From Granulosicoccus sp. (GTDB taxonomy: Bacteria; Pseudomonadota; Gammaproteobacteria; Granulosicoccales; Granulosicoccaceae), in assembly GCA_013002205.1 (NCBI GenBank), contig JABDKN010000128.1:2824-66823 (forward strand): a stretch of DNA of 64,000 nucleotides, in the 5' to 3' direction. Positions 32,244 to 44,438 of this stretch are shown here, piece after piece. Each line of letters starts with the position of its first letter. Positions within the stretch are counted from its first letter, which is position 1. The notes under the pieces are model-generated. The model made no database searches and was not told the DNA's origin. It saw nothing but the letters and a program-made list of their open reading frames with translations. The position numbers and the translations under genes are program-made.

Positions 32244-34688
32244 TCATATCCTTAGAACCGCCCCATGCGCAACCTCCAGTGCCGCCACGATCGCGGTGAT
32301 CACCTGGTCCACTTCGCTGTCTTCTAGGGTGCGCGAAAACTCTTGTAGAATCAAGCCTAAGGCCATGCTTTTCTTGCCTTCAGGCAACTTGTCACCCTGG
32401 TACACATCGAACAGTCTGATGTCCTGGAGCATGGCCGGAGCCTGCGCGCGGATGACATCGACGATTGCCTGGTAACTGACCGCCTCATCCACCAGCAATG
32501 CGATATCGCGCCGAACCTGCGGAAAGCGCGACATGGGTATGGCACGCGGAACCCGTGACCCACTCAGTGCCGCCAGTGACAGTTCGAATACAAAGGGCAG
32601 GAGTGGCAGATCCAGTGCCTGCTGCAGCGATGGATTCAGGGCGCCCACATAGCCAACGGGTTTGCCATCCAGGAGTATGCCGGCTCGCTGACCGGGATGC
32701 AGCAACGCCAGCTGGACCGGCACATAGGTGACCGGGAGTTCATTGGCCTGTGAGAACAGGGATTCGATGTCTGATTTGATCGTATAGAAATCTGCCTCCT
32801 GCGCAGAGGCATTCCAGTTTTCCGGCTGTCGCCTGCCCGCGACCAGCCCGGCAATCATGTTCTGCTGCTGTACCCCGGGATCACTTTGGAGATCGCCACC
32901 GTGATCTGCCGCAATGCAGGAATCGAGACTGGCAACAGGCTGCCCCGATTCATTGGCCAGGAATCTGAGACCGGTCTCGAAGAGCGACATGGATGTCGAC
33001 TGGCGCGCCAGATTGCGCTGCAGCGTGGTGATCAGTCCACCCACCAGCGTCGTGCGCATGACCGCCAGCTCGGATGAAATCGGATTGGCCAGCTTCAACG
33101 CAGGCAGATCAGGGCGCAGCACGGACTGTCGGGATTCATCGACGAAACTGTAGGTTATGACTTCCTGGTATCCACGCTGGGCCAGCAGGCGTTTGCTGGC
33201 CATTGACGGCAAACGGTTTTCAGGAACGGGCCGGAGTACAGGCCGGTGCACTGGAGAGGTTCGTGGAATGGCGTCGTAGCCCAGAATACGCGCTACCTCC
33301 TCGATATAGTCCTCCTCGATCGCCAGATCATAACGATAGCTTGGTGCGACAACCTGCCAGCCATCATCAACCGCCACGGTGGAGATACCTAGTCGGGTGA
33401 ACAATGTGGACACACTCTGCACGTCCGGATCGATGCCCAGGATACGCATCAGTCGCGATCGACGCACCAGCACCGTACCGCGCTGCGGCAGGCGAGCGGA
33501 ATCCTGCCAATCCCCAACCGGGCCAGCCTGGCCTCCGGCAATACCGAGCAATAGCTCGGTAGCGTATTCCAGTGCCTCGACCTGCCCAGCCGGATCCACT
33601 CCCCGTTCGAATCGGTGTGCCGATTCAGAATGACTGGCGTAGCGTCGCGGCTTTCCGGCAATCCGCTCCGGCAGAAACAGCGCACTTTCGAAGAATATAT
33701 TGACCGTGCGCTGGTCAACTGCGGTCGATTCTCCACCCATGATTCCGGCGATACCAATGGCACCGCGTTCATCCGCGATGACCGTGGTGTCCTGATCCAG
33801 CGTCATTTCCCGCCCGTCCAGCAGCACCAACTGCTCCCCTGCTGTCGCCTGTCTGACCAGAATCGAGCCACGAAGCTTGTCCGCATCGAAGGCGTGCATG
33901 GGTTGCCCCAGTTCAAGCATCACGTAGTTCGTGACGTCCACCACCGGATTGATCGCCCGCACGCCTGCACGACGGAGGCGTTCAACCATCCACGCGGGAC
34001 TGGCTCTATCCAGCGACAATTGGCTTACCAGTCGGCCTGTGTATCGTACGCAGGCGGTATCCTTCTCGACCCGCACCGGCCACTGCCTGACCATCCGGGT
34101 TGGTACGCTGGCAGCCTCGTGCCTCAGCAGGGGCAGATCATTGCGGGCACTCAGGTCACGAGCGATGCCACGAACGCTCAGGCAATCGCCACGATCCGGC
34201 GTCAGTTCTATGTCGATGATCGAGTCATCCAGCGCCATATACTGGATCAGGTCAAGACCTGCCGGGGCGTCTTCCGGCAGTTCCATGATGCCGCTGGCGT
34301 CATCCGAGAGCCCCAGTTCGGCGCCGGAACACAGCATGCCCATCGATACCTGGCCGCGTAGCTTTGCTTTTTTCAGCACCGTACCGTCGGGTAATCTGCC
34401 ACCCACCTGTGCCAGTACCGTGACCAGCCCTGCGCGAGCGTTGGGCGCCCCGCAGACGACCTGTAAAGGCTCATCAGCCCCGCAATCCACATCACAGACC
34501 CGCAACCTGTCAGCGTCGGGATGCGGTCGGATACCGAGAATGCGGGCCACCACCACGCCTGCGAACTCAGGTGCAGCAGACACGACCTCATCGACTTCCA
34601 GGCCCATGGCAGTCAGCTGGGCGCTTAGCCCGGCGGTGTCCACGGGCGGATCAATCCACTCGCGCAGCCATTTTTCACTGAGTTTCAT
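32244..34688 (-). CDS. pheT: Phenylalanine--tRNA ligase beta subunit
   Basis: [53 protein letters not shown]. Confidence 0.98.
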   Translation of the reverse strand: MKLSEKWLREWIDPPVDTAGLSAQLTAMGLEVDEVVSAAPEFAGVVVARILGIRPHPDADRLRVCDVDCGADEPLQVVCGAPNARAGLVTVLAQVGGRLPDGTVLKKAKLRGQVSMGMLCSGAELGLSDDASGIMELPEDAPAGLDLIQYMALDDSIIDIELTPDRGDCLSVRGIARDLSARNDLPLLRHEAASVPTRMVRQWPVRVEKDTACVRYTGRLVSQLSLDRASPAWMVERLRRAGVRAINPVVDVTNYVMLELGQPMHAFDADKLRGSILVRQATAGEQLVLLDGREMTLDQDTTVIADERGAIGIAGIMGGESTAVDQRTVNIFFESALFLPERIAGKPRRYASHSESAHRFERGVDPAGQVEALEYATELLLGIAGGQAGPVGDWQDSARLPQRGTVLVRRSRLMRILGIDPDVQSVSTLFTRLGISTVAVDDGWQVVAPSYRYDLAIEEDYIEEVARILGYDAIPRTSPVHRPVLRPVPENRLPSMASKRLLAQRGYQEVITYSFVDESRQSVLRPDLPALKLANPISSELAVMRTTLVGGLITTLQRNLARQSTSMSLFETGLRFLANESGQPVASLDSCIAADHGGDLQSDPGVQQQNMIAGLVAGRRQPENWNASAQEADFYTIKSDIESLFSQANELPVTYVPVQLALLHPGQRAGILLDGKPVGYVGALNPSLQQALDLPLLPFVFELSLAALSGSRVPRAIPMSRFPQVRRDIALLVDEAVSYQAIVDVIRAQAPAMLQDIRLFDVYQGDKLPEGKKSMALGLILQEFSRTLEDSEVDQVITAIVAALEVAHGAVLRI

Positions 34689-34700
34689 GTGAATTCTCGC

Positions 34701-35690
34701 TTAATGGAACTGTGACAGGAAGCGCAGGTCGTTCTCGAAGAACAGACGCAGGTCGGTCACGCCATAACGCAGCATGGCCAGGCGTTCCACCCCGATACCG
34801 AAGGCATAACCGGTAAATTCCTCGGTATCGATACCCACCGACTGGAAGACCGATGGATGCACGATGCCCGAGCCCAGTACCTCAATCCAGGGACCCTTGT
34901 TGATCCGGATATCCACCTCGGCAGACGGTTCGGTAAACGGAAAATAGGAAGGCCGATAGCGAATCTCGCAATCGTCCTGGTCGAAAAACGAGGTCAGAAA
35001 CGCATCCAGATGCCCCATCAGGTCACTCAGTGCAATGTCCCGATCCACCAGCAGGCCTTCTATCTGGTGAAACATGGGAGAGTGTGTCATATCGGAATCG
35101 CAACGATAAACACGACCAGGAGCAATGACACGCATTGGCGGTTCGATGGTCTTCATGTAGCGAATCTGTACCGACGAGGTGTGGGTGCGCAGCAGGCGAT
35201 TGACGTCGAAATAGAATGTGTCGTGCATGGCGCGCGCCGGATGATGAGCCGGAATATTCAGGGCTTCGAAGTTGTGATAGTCATCTTCGACTTCCGGGCC
35301 GATGGCCGTCTCGAAGCCCAGTTGTGCAAACAACGCCGAAACCCGCTCGATGGTCAAGGTCAGCGGATGCAGTCCTCCGGTCGGGGTACCACTGCCCGGC
35401 AGCGTGATATCCAGTGCATCGGCAGTAAGTTTTTCGGCCAGCGCCGCATCGTCGAGCACATGCCGACGTTGATCAATCAGTGTCTGTACACGCTGTTTCG
35501 CCTTGTTGACAGCCTGTCCGGCAGCAGGTTTCTGCTCCGCCGGCAGCTGTCCGATGGACTTGAGCGCCGCTGTCAGGCGGCCTTTTTTACCGAGCAACTC
35601 CACCCGGACATTCTCCAGCGCATCCAGGGATGCAGCATCACTGACCATGCGGCCAGCCTCGTCAATCAATCTATCTAGGTCCATTGACAT
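34701..35690 (-). CDS. pheS: Phenylalanine--tRNA ligase alpha subunit
   Basis: [30 protein letters not shown]-like [11 protein letters not shown]. Confidence 0.98.
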   Translation of the reverse strand: MSMDLDRLIDEAGRMVSDAASLDALENVRVELLGKKGRLTAALKSIGQLPAEQKPAAGQAVNKAKQRVQTLIDQRRHVLDDAALAEKLTADALDITLPGSGTPTGGLHPLTLTIERVSALFAQLGFETAIGPEVEDDYHNFEALNIPAHHPARAMHDTFYFDVNRLLRTHTSSVQIRYMKTIEPPMRVIAPGRVYRCDSDMTHSPMFHQIEGLLVDRDIALSDLMGHLDAFLTSFFDQDDCEIRYRPSYFPFTEPSAEVDIRINKGPWIEVLGSGIVHPSVFQSVGIDTEEFTGYAFGIGVERLAMLRYGVTDLRLFFENDLRFLSQFH

Positions 35691-35789
35691 CGGTCATTCA
35701 TCCCCTGTCATCTCGTTGGATTGGCTCGGACCAGTATCAATTGGTGCACGGCATCCGGAGAAAAACCGGCGGACCCTGGAATCCGCCAT

Positions 35790-35824
35790 AAAAAAGGGGA
35801 ATACCGCACATGGCGGCATTCCCC
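35790..35824 (-). terminator. Intrinsic terminator between rplT and pheS
   Basis: Minus strand GGGGAATGCCGC-CATGT-GCGGTATTCCCC-TTTTTT. Confidence 0.85.
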
Positions 35825-35888
35825 TGGTCGATAAAGCAACGCTGTCGAACGCAGCCGGATCAGCCGCGCAGCAGTGCCGGATTCCTGC

Positions 35889-36248
35889 TCAGGCCGGCAA
35901 ACTGGCCTTTGCTTTATCGACAATCGCTACAAATGCAGCTTCATCGGCAATGGCAAGGTCCGCAAGCATCTTGCGATCGATGTCTATTCCGGCGATCTTC
36001 AGGCCCTGCATCAGACGGCTGTAGGTGATGTCGTTGGCGCGGGCTGCAGCATTGATACGGGCAATCCACAGACGTCGGAATACGCGTTTTTTGGTTTTGC
36101 GGTCACGATAGGCATATTGACCTGCTTTGGTAACCGCCTGCTTCGCAACCCGAAAAACACGACTGCGTGCACCCCGGTAGCCTTTTGCCTGCTTGAGAAC
36201 TTTCTTGTGACTGGCGCGCGCAGTGACGCCACGTTTTACTCTTGGCAT
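35889..36248 (-). CDS. rplT: 50S ribosomal protein L20
   Basis: [29 protein letters not shown]. Confidence 0.99.
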   Translation of the reverse strand: MPRVKRGVTARASHKKVLKQAKGYRGARSRVFRVAKQAVTKAGQYAYRDRKTKKRVFRRLWIARINAAARANDITYSRLMQGLKIAGIDIDRKMLADLAIADEAAFVAIVDKAKASLPA

Positions 36249-36257
36249 GGCAGGCTC

Positions 36258-36461
36258 CTAGCGAAGATTGGGCAGCATTCGTTTGATCAGTACGACATCG
36301 TTCTCATGAACCATGTCTCCACCACGCAGGTGACGCTTACGCTTGGTGCTCTTCTTGGTCAGGATATGGCGCATGTGTGAACTCTTGCGCTTGTACCCGC
36401 CTGAACCGGTGCGCTTGAAGCGCTTCGCCGCTCCGGACACGGATTTTTGCTTGTTGGACAC
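36258..36461 (-). CDS. rpmI: 50S ribosomal protein L35
   Basis: [25 protein letters not shown]; GTG start at 36461 with AGGAG SD. Confidence 0.95.
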   Translation of the reverse strand: MSNKQKSVSGAAKRFKRTGSGGYKRKSSHMRHILTKKSTKRKRHLRGGDMVHENDVVLIKRMLPNLR

Positions 36462-36607
36462 TGTTGGACTCCTGATGGTTAGGGGTATCCCCCGAGTGAT
36501 AAACACCGGTGACGTCGTAGTGTCGGTACGTCATCGCGGCGAAAATGGCCGGATCAACACGATGCAGAGGTCAATAATCTGATCCGTGCTTGATCCAGCC
36601 GCACATC

Positions 36608-37126
36608 TTAATGCTTTTTGGGCGCCATTACCATGACCATTTGCCTGCCTTCGAGCTTCGGGAACTGCTCCACGGTGCCCAGCTCCGACAAATCCTGCTC
36701 GACACGCTTCAGCAGCTTGGCTCCCAACTCCCGATGAGCCATTTCCCGGCCCCTGAACCGCAGGGTAATCTTGGTCTTGTCGCCCTGCTCCAGGAATTTC
36801 ACCAGACTGCGCAGTTTGACCTGGTAATCACCATCCTCGGTGCCGGGTCGAAACTTGATTTCCTTCAGCTGCGCGGTCTTCTGTTTCTTGCGACCAGCAT
36901 TCTGCTTCTTGTTGGCCTCGAACTTGAACCTGCCATGGTCCATGATCTTGCACACGGGGGGCGAGACATTCGGTGATATCTCAACCAGATCGAGGCTGGC
37001 TTCCCGTGCTGTTTCCAGCGCTTCATCCAGAGGAACCACACCAATCTGTTCTCCGTCAGCAGATATCAGTCGCACCTCGGGGACATCGATCTCGTCATTC
37101 TTCCGATTTACCTTTTTAGCAGAAAT
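36608..37126 (-). CDS. infC: Translation initiation factor IF-3 (ATT start)
   Basis: In-frame ATT at 37126 gives [21 protein letters not shown]; AGGAGG SD in the thrS 3' end; [17 protein letters not shown]. Confidence 0.97.
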   Translation of the reverse strand: MSAKKVNRKNDEIDVPEVRLISADGEQIGVVPLDEALETAREASLDLVEISPNVSPPVCKIMDHGRFKFEANKKQNAGRKKQKTAQLKEIKFRPGTEDGDYQVKLRSLVKFLEQGDKTKITLRFRGREMAHRELGAKLLKRVEQDLSELGTVEQFPKLEGRQMVMVMAPKKH

Positions 37127-37129
37127 ACG

Positions 37130-39067
37130 TCATCCCTCCTGCACGGCTGTATTTACAGCTCGGCCGCGGTTTGCGACCTCTTGTTCAAGCATCAAATTAA
37201 GTTCTTCCAAAGTTAAAACACCCAGGTCCCTGCCGCTGCGAGTTCTCACGGCAATGGACCGATTCTGTACTTCACGATCTCCAGCAACCAGCAGATAGGG
37301 CACTCGTTGGAGCGTCCATTCGCGGATCTTGAAGCCGATCTTCTCGTTACGCACGTCAGTTTGTACACGTAACCCATTATTCTGCAACACTTCGGCCACT
37401 TCTTCAACGAATTGTGACTGCTTGTCGGTAATATTCATGACGACAGCCTGTATTGGAGAGAGCCACAGTGGTAATTTGCCTTCGAAGTGTTCCAGCAGAA
37501 TGCCGATGAAGCGCTCGAATGATCCGAGAATAGCCCGGTGCAGCATGACCGGCACCTGCCGTTCGCCGTGCTCATCGACATAACTGGCGTCCAGACGTCC
37601 GGGCATGGAGAAATCCACTTGCATGGTGCCGCACTGCCATACCCGGCCGATGCAATCCTTGAGCGAGAATTCTATCTTGGGCCCGTAGAACGCGCCCTCG
37701 CCAGGTAGTTCTTCCCAGGGCAGGCCCTTGGCATCCAGAGCTTCCGCCAGGGCTTTTTCGGCCTTGTCCCAGGCCTCGTCACTGCCAACCCGACTGGGCG
37801 GCCGTGTTGAGAGTCGATAGATGACATCGGTGAAACCGAAGTCCTCGTAGACGGTGTGCAGAAAGTCGATGAAGTTGCTGACCTCGGTCTGTACCTGCGC
37901 CTCGGTGCAGAATACGTGAGCGTCATCCTGGGTGAATGCACGCACGCGCATGATGCCGTGCAGAGCACCGGACATCTCGTTGCGGTGGCAGGAACCGAAC
38001 TCCGCCAGACGCAGTGGCAGGTCGCGGTAACTCTTGAGACCCTGATTGAATACCTGGACGTGACAGGGACAGTTCATTGGCTTGACGGCGTACTGCCGAT
38101 CGTCGGTCTGTACGGTAAACATGTCATCACCGAACTTGTCGGCGTGTCCGCTGCGCTGCCACAGCGAGAAATCGACCACCTGCGGGGTGCGGATTTCCTC
38201 ATAGCCGTGGATCTTCTGTTGACGGCGCATGTAGTCTTCGACAGCGAGATACACGGCCCAACCCTTTGGGTGCCAGAACACCATGCCCGGGGCCTCATCC
38301 TGCAGGTGAAACAGATCCTGCTGCTTGCCCAGCCTTCGATGATCGCGTTTTTCCGCCTCGGCCAGATTATGCAGATAGGTCTTGAGCTCCTTGGGATTGG
38401 CAAAGGCCGTTCCGTAGATTCGCTGCAACATGGTGTTGTTGGAGTCGCCACGCCAGTATGCCCCTGCCAGCTTGGTCAGTTTGAAGGCCTTGAGATGTCC
38501 GGTATTGGGTACGTGCGGGCCACGGCATAGATCGGTGAAATCTCCCTGCCTGTATAACGACAGGGTTTCACCGGCCGGGATGCTGTCGATGATCTCCGCC
38601 TTGTAGTGCTCACCAAGCCCTTTGAAATACTCGATGGCCGCATCGCGTTCCACGGTAGACCGGGTGATCGGTATTGCCTGATCGGCCAGCTCCTTCATGC
38701 GCTGTTCGATGGCGACGAGATCTTCGGGAGTGAATGATCGTTCGTAATCGAAGTCGTAGTAGAAGCCGTCTTCAATGACTGGCCCTATCGACACCTGTGC
38801 CGAGGGAAACAACTGCTTGACTGCCTGCGCGAGCAAATGGGCACTGCTGTGTCGCAATAACGGCAGAGCTTCATCGCTTCTGGCGGTGACGACTGACAGG
38901 TTTGCATCCGAGTCGATCGGGTAAGTGGCATCCACCAGCTGACCATCCACGATACCCGCCAGAGTGGCCTTGGCCAGGCCTGCGCCTATGTCCGCGGCGA
39001 CATCCATGACGGCTACGGCTTCAGGGTACTGACGTGTACTGCCGTCCGGCAGAGTAATGACAGGCAT
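37130..39067 (-). CDS. thrS: Threonine--tRNA ligase
   Basis: [41 protein letters not shown]. Confidence 0.99.
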   Translation of the reverse strand: MPVITLPDGSTRQYPEAVAVMDVAADIGAGLAKATLAGIVDGQLVDATYPIDSDANLSVVTARSDEALPLLRHSSAHLLAQAVKQLFPSAQVSIGPVIEDGFYYDFDYERSFTPEDLVAIEQRMKELADQAIPITRSTVERDAAIEYFKGLGEHYKAEIIDSIPAGETLSLYRQGDFTDLCRGPHVPNTGHLKAFKLTKLAGAYWRGDSNNTMLQRIYGTAFANPKELKTYLHNLAEAEKRDHRRLGKQQDLFHLQDEAPGMVFWHPKGWAVYLAVEDYMRRQQKIHGYEEIRTPQVVDFSLWQRSGHADKFGDDMFTVQTDDRQYAVKPMNCPCHVQVFNQGLKSYRDLPLRLAEFGSCHRNEMSGALHGIMRVRAFTQDDAHVFCTEAQVQTEVSNFIDFLHTVYEDFGFTDVIYRLSTRPPSRVGSDEAWDKAEKALAEALDAKGLPWEELPGEGAFYGPKIEFSLKDCIGRVWQCGTMQVDFSMPGRLDASYVDEHGERQVPVMLHRAILGSFERFIGILLEHFEGKLPLWLSPIQAVVMNITDKQSQFVEEVAEVLQNNGLRVQTDVRNEKIGFKIREWTLQRVPYLLVAGDREVQNRSIAVRTRSGRDLGVLTLEELNLMLEQEVANRGRAVNTAVQEG

Positions 39068-39076
39068 GTTGATCTC

Positions 39077-39139
39077 CAGTGGTGACCGGTACGAGAGGTC
39101 ACTTAAGTGTGGTCAGTGGTGACCCCTACGCAAGGCCAC
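39077..39139 (-). promoter_or_regulatory. thrS translational operator: two tRNA-Thr anticodon-mimic hairpins
   Basis: mRNA sense GTGGCC-TTGCGTAGG-GGTCAC and GTGACC-TCTCGTACC-GGTCAC; both loops carry CGT. Confidence 0.75.
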
Positions 39140-39250
39140 GTGTGATCGTCAAAGGCAATGTTACTGCAAATCTCAGGCCTGGTGGCCCGCATCCGTGTAC
39201 ACCACGCAAGCTCATCGGATAACCGGACTGGCGATTGACCGACAACCTTG

Positions 39251-39279
39251 TTGACCGCGGCGAATCACTTCCCTACACT
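39251..39279 (+). promoter_or_regulatory. Sigma-70 promoter of tRNA-Val
   Basis: TTGACC-N17-TACACT followed by GC-rich discriminator ACCGCCC. Confidence 0.75.
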
Positions 39280-39292
39280 ACCGCCCAACGGC

Positions 39293-39369
39293 AGGCGCGT
39301 AGCTCAGTTGGTTAGAGCATCACCTTGACATGGTGGGGGTCGTTGGTTCGAATCCAATCGCGCCTACCA
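39293..39369 (+). tRNA. tRNA-Val (GAC)
   Basis: AGGCGCG/CGCGCCT acceptor stem, anticodon loop TTGACAT, GGTTCGAATCC, encoded CCA. Confidence 0.97.
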
Positions 39370-39390
39370 CTATCTCTCCCGGCGTCGTGA

Positions 39391-40788
<1,398 letters not shown>

Positions 40789-40874
40789 GCCGACCCGGAA
40801 ACATCCGCCTGGCTGCTGCAGAAGCAGCCAGGACCACTCGATGTTTTCCAGGCATTCACACACGACACCTGCCC

Positions 40875-42044
40875 ATGCCCCCAAGCTCTATCAACTGGCC
40901 GGATGGACTGGACGAGGCCGGATTCCTGGCTCGCTACTGGCAGAAGCAACCGTTGCTGATCCGGCAGGCCCTGCCGGATTTCCAGACACCTCTACCTGCC
41001 GAGGAACTGGCCGGATTGTCTGTCGAGCCCGATACGACGCCACGACTGATTACCCGGGACGAGGCGGGTGCCTATCACCTCGAACATGGCCCCTTCACGG
41101 AAGAGCGATTCGCAACACTGACCGGCAATGACTGGTCTCTACTGGTTACCGATGTGGAGAAGCACCTGCCGGAACTGGCAGCCTACCTGAGGCCATTTTC
41201 CTTTGTACCCACCTGGCGAATGGATGACCTGATGATCAGCTACGCGCCAGTGGGCGCATCGGTCGGCGCTCACGTCGATGAGTATGATGTGTTTCTGCTG
41301 CAGGCCAGTGGTTCGCGCCAATGGTCGATCAACAGCCGGGAAGCTGCCCACGATACATACATGACGAACTCCGAATTGAAGCTGTTGAGTTCATTTGAGG
41401 CAAAGGAGAGCTGGAACCTGCATCCCGGCGATCTGCTGTACCTGCCACCTGGAGTACCACATCACGGCGTGGCCAGTGCTGAACCATGCACTACCTGGTC
41501 CATCGGCTGCCGAGCACCGGCCCTGCCGGATTTCGTCATGCGCGTGGCGGAAATGATCTGTGAGCAACTTCCTCAGGCACGCTACACCGATGCAACGCTG
41601 AAGCCGGCAAGTCCGGGAGAGATCGATGCTGCCGCCCTGTCGCGGTTTGCGACCGTCTGGCGAAATGCGGTCAATCTGGACACCGATGAGCTGGCGACAC
41701 TGACGGGCCGATTCCTGACTGAGTCGTTTGCTACGGCAACCGGTGACCAAGACGCAGTCTCGGGCGTTGCACCCCGTGACAGCAAGCTCAGCTTCAGGGT
41801 GGCCCCATTCAGCCGGCTCGCCTGGTGTTCGCTTGCCAATGGTCAACCGGGCAATGAGCGGGTCCGCCTGTTTGTCGACGGACACACGCATGACTGCAGC
41901 CGTGCTCTGGCCATGCACTTGTGCAGTGTCGGTCAGCCTCTCGGTGATCTGGGAAAATTCGACTCGGCCGGAGATCGCAGCCTGGTGCAGACTCTACTCA
42001 GCGACGGCGCGCTCATCGTGGAGGACAGCGAGACGCCGGGTTAG
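40875..42044 (+). CDS. roxA: JmjC/cupin ribosomal oxygenase (RoxA/YcfD family)
   Basis: FLARYWQKQPLLIR, WRMDDLMIS, HVDEYDVFLLQ, PGDLLYLPPGVPHHG; follows purB. Confidence 0.88.
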   Translation: MPPSSINWPDGLDEAGFLARYWQKQPLLIRQALPDFQTPLPAEELAGLSVEPDTTPRLITRDEAGAYHLEHGPFTEERFATLTGNDWSLLVTDVEKHLPELAAYLRPFSFVPTWRMDDLMISYAPVGASVGAHVDEYDVFLLQASGSRQWSINSREAAHDTYMTNSELKLLSSFEAKESWNLHPGDLLYLPPGVPHHGVASAEPCTTWSIGCRAPALPDFVMRVAEMICEQLPQARYTDATLKPASPGEIDAAALSRFATVWRNAVNLDTDELATLTGRFLTESFATATGDQDAVSGVAPRDSKLSFRVAPFSRLAWCSLANGQPGNERVRLFVDGHTHDCSRALAMHLCSVGQPLGDLGKFDSAGDRSLVQTLLSDGALIVEDSETPG

Positions 42045-42054
42045 CCAGGTGCCC

Positions 42055-42393
42055 TCAGCCCTGCCCCTGCTCATTGCTCCGGCTTTTGCCTGTCTCCTTC
42101 ACCAGCCTGGCCAGCAAAACCGACACCTTATCGGAGGACAGCTTCAACATCGGCAGACACACGTCCAGGTCTTCCCGGAATATCTCATCGATCTGTGCAG
42201 TGACTGCCTCGCAGCCGTGAGTCGGTCTGCATGTCACTGCGCCAGAAGCATCTGCATTTGCAGGCCCATTCGCCTGCAGGATTTCGGTCAATCGCTGCAG
42301 GGACTCATGTACTTCGCGGTGCAGGCCGGCGTAGTTGACCACCGCAGCTCGAATATCGTGCAGCAGTATGGCGTCGTGATCATCAGGCATCAT
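42055..42393 (-). CDS. Small protein resembling a stand-alone HisKA/DHp domain
   Basis: LLHDIRAAVVNYAGLHREVHESL ... EDLDVCLPMLKLSSDKVSVLLARL; predicted helical hairpin; no HATPase motifs. Confidence 0.6.
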   Translation of the reverse strand: MMPDDHDAILLHDIRAAVVNYAGLHREVHESLQRLTEILQANGPANADASGAVTCRPTHGCEAVTAQIDEIFREDLDVCLPMLKLSSDKVSVLLARLVKETGKSRSNEQGQG

Positions 42394-42402
42394 TACTTCC
42401 CG

Positions 42403-42768
42403 TCAAGCGGCGAAACGGTCTAACAGATCGGACAGTTGAGCGGCCTGAAACGGTTTCTCCAGAAAGGCGCTCGATGCGTAGCTGCTCGCTTTCTGCTGCA
42501 GGGCGGGATCCTTGCTGGCAGTAGTGAAAATGATGGGCGTGGTGCAGAGCTGACTCGATGCCCGCAACCTGTCAGCAACGACGAAGCCACTTCCGCCCGG
42601 CAGATTGATATCCAGCAATATAACGGCCGGCTGGCAACGTACGGCTGCATTCATGGCATAGACGGCATCAGCGGCAGAGTCCACGTGATAACCCATTGAT
42701 TGCAGGCGCAGTGAAAGCGCCATTGAAATCTTCTTGTCGTCTTCCACGAGCAGGATGGTGTGCGTCAT
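42403..42768 (-). CDS. Single-domain response regulator (receiver)
   Basis: ILLVEDD, LLDINLPG (phosphoacceptor Asp), IIFTTA, FLEKPF. Confidence 0.93.
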   Translation of the reverse strand: MTHTILLVEDDKKISMALSLRLQSMGYHVDSAADAVYAMNAAVRCQPAVILLDINLPGGSGFVVADRLRASSQLCTTPIIFTTASKDPALQQKASSYASSAFLEKPFQAAQLSDLLDRFAA

Positions 42769-42934
42769 TTTTATGGTTATTGTCCGCCGAACTGTTGGGA
42801 GTCATGAGACTCTGGGCCAGATAACGGCGAGAGTGCTCCCGCCCTGAGCCAACAGTCCGGCCACGTCACGTTATCCGTGAATCAGTTTGGGGAATTGCGA
42901 GCTGGCTCTCCGCGAGGATGTGCGTCGCAGCAGA

Positions 42935-43546
42935 CTATCCGGCAGACATGCCACGCTTCATCTTCAGCCATTGCAGGGCGATGATGCTCAGGGCGTTTCT
43001 GATTTCCCGGGTATCGAGCATTGCAATGGCTTTCTCGGCCGGTACCACACACGCCAGAATATCCTCATCCTCTTCGCACAGTCCGTGTACACCACCGATG
43101 CACTCCAGGTTCGTTTCGGCATGGAACACGAAAACCTCCTCAGTACTGGAGCCCGGACTGGCCAGATAGTGTGAAATCAGCTCTACATGACTCAATTCCA
43201 CCCCCGCCTCTTCCCGTGCTTCGCGGATGGCCACGTCGGCCGGCGATTCATCGGTATCGATCATGCCTGCAATTATTTCAGTCATCCACGGGTCAGGTTT
43301 CTGGTACATCGCACCTATGCGGAACTGCTCCACCAGCACCACGGTATCGTTGACCGGATCGTAAGGGAGGACTCCGACGACATTGCCGCGGACGAACAAC
43401 TCCCGTTCAAGACTCAAGTTGCTTTCACCGTCATGTTGCGCATGGCTGAAACTGACCGAATCGATACGGTAGAAGCCGTCATGCAAGGTTGTGCGAGCCT
43501 CGAGCTGCCATTGTCGGTTCGCACCATGTTTCCGTTTGCGCATCAA
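42935..43546 (-). CDS. nudF: ADP-ribose pyrophosphatase (Nudix, NudF family)
   Basis: VLPYDP, LVEQFR, Nudix box GMIDTDESPADVAIREAREEAG. Confidence 0.9.
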   Translation of the reverse strand: MMRKRKHGANRQWQLEARTTLHDGFYRIDSVSFSHAQHDGESNLSLERELFVRGNVVGVLPYDPVNDTVVLVEQFRIGAMYQKPDPWMTEIIAGMIDTDESPADVAIREAREEAGVELSHVELISHYLASPGSSTEEVFVFHAETNLECIGGVHGLCEEDEDILACVVPAEKAIAMLDTREIRNALSIIALQWLKMKRGMSAG

Positions 43547-43564
43547 CTGATTTCCGCTGGTGGT

Positions 43565-44383
43565 TTACCCTGAACCGCTGCCTGCCCAGGGCGAGTTGAA
43601 TTGTGCAGCCAGAACCGCTTCCAGCACCGGCACATCGTCCGGATGATCGATTCCCCGTGTTCTACTGGCCTCCACCTGGCCGACGTGAATTCTGCCTCCA
43701 TGGTAGAGCACACGAAGTTGCTCAAGCTGCTCCTCCTGTTCCAGCGCACATGCCCGTAGTTCGTGATAGTCCAGAAGGTAGCCGCAACGGTAGGCATACA
43801 GCCCGATATGCAGTAATGAGTCCGGGAAATCCAGGGCATCACTGCCCGCCTGGGACTGCGAGTCGCGACGATGCGGAATGGATGCCCGGCTGAAGTACAA
43901 CGCCATGTCGCGATGGTCACGAACGACCTTCACCCGGTTTGTATCCCGGTAATCCACCAGGTTCTGGATCGGCATGCACAGGGTCGCCATGTCCGCATCG
44001 ACGACGGCAGCGAGATTGTCGGCCAGCAGGTCCAGATGATGTGCCGGTGTGGCCGGCTCGTCACCCTGAAGTCCGACGATGACCCTGTCCTGTTCCCAGT
44101 GTCGAGTCCGGGCGACCTCGGCAATGCGATCCGTACCGCTCGGGTGCGCCGGGTCTGTCATCTGTACATCGACGCCGGCAGCCTCACACACCGCCTTGAT
44201 TCTCTCGTCATCGGTAGCGACGATCACGCTCCGGGCGGAAGACTCCCTGGCCCGTGCCACCGTATGCAGAATCATGGCCTGCCCATTGAGAGGATGTAAC
44301 GGTTTACCCGGAAATCGACTCGACGCATAACGCGCAGGTATAACGATGGTATAGGCCTGGTTACTCACAGGAGGCTGCTCCAT
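43565..44383 (-). CDS. kdsB: 3-deoxy-manno-octulosonate cytidylyltransferase
   Basis: IPARYASSRFPGKPL, HPSGTDRIAE, QGDEP, ALYFSRA, EQLEQLRVL. Confidence 0.97.
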   Translation of the reverse strand: MEQPPVSNQAYTIVIPARYASSRFPGKPLHPLNGQAMILHTVARARESSARSVIVATDDERIKAVCEAAGVDVQMTDPAHPSGTDRIAEVARTRHWEQDRVIVGLQGDEPATPAHHLDLLADNLAAVVDADMATLCMPIQNLVDYRDTNRVKVVRDHRDMALYFSRASIPHRRDSQSQAGSDALDFPDSLLHIGLYAYRCGYLLDYHELRACALEQEEQLEQLRVLYHGGRIHVGQVEASRTRGIDHPDDVPVLEAVLAAQFNSPWAGSGSG

Positions 44384-44438
44384 CGACGGGCTCTTTCCAA
44401 TGTTTTCAAATCAGACTCCAGTTCCGAACGCGTCGGGT

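Noticed and set aside
37124-37126. Non-canonical ATT start codon
   Set aside because: Real, but the well-known infC autoregulatory start, so not novel.
42790-42830. Sigma-28-like promoter (TCAG-N15-GCCGTTAT, minus strand) upstream of the receiver gene
   Set aside because: Several mismatches to TAAA-N15-GCCGATAA; too weak to call.
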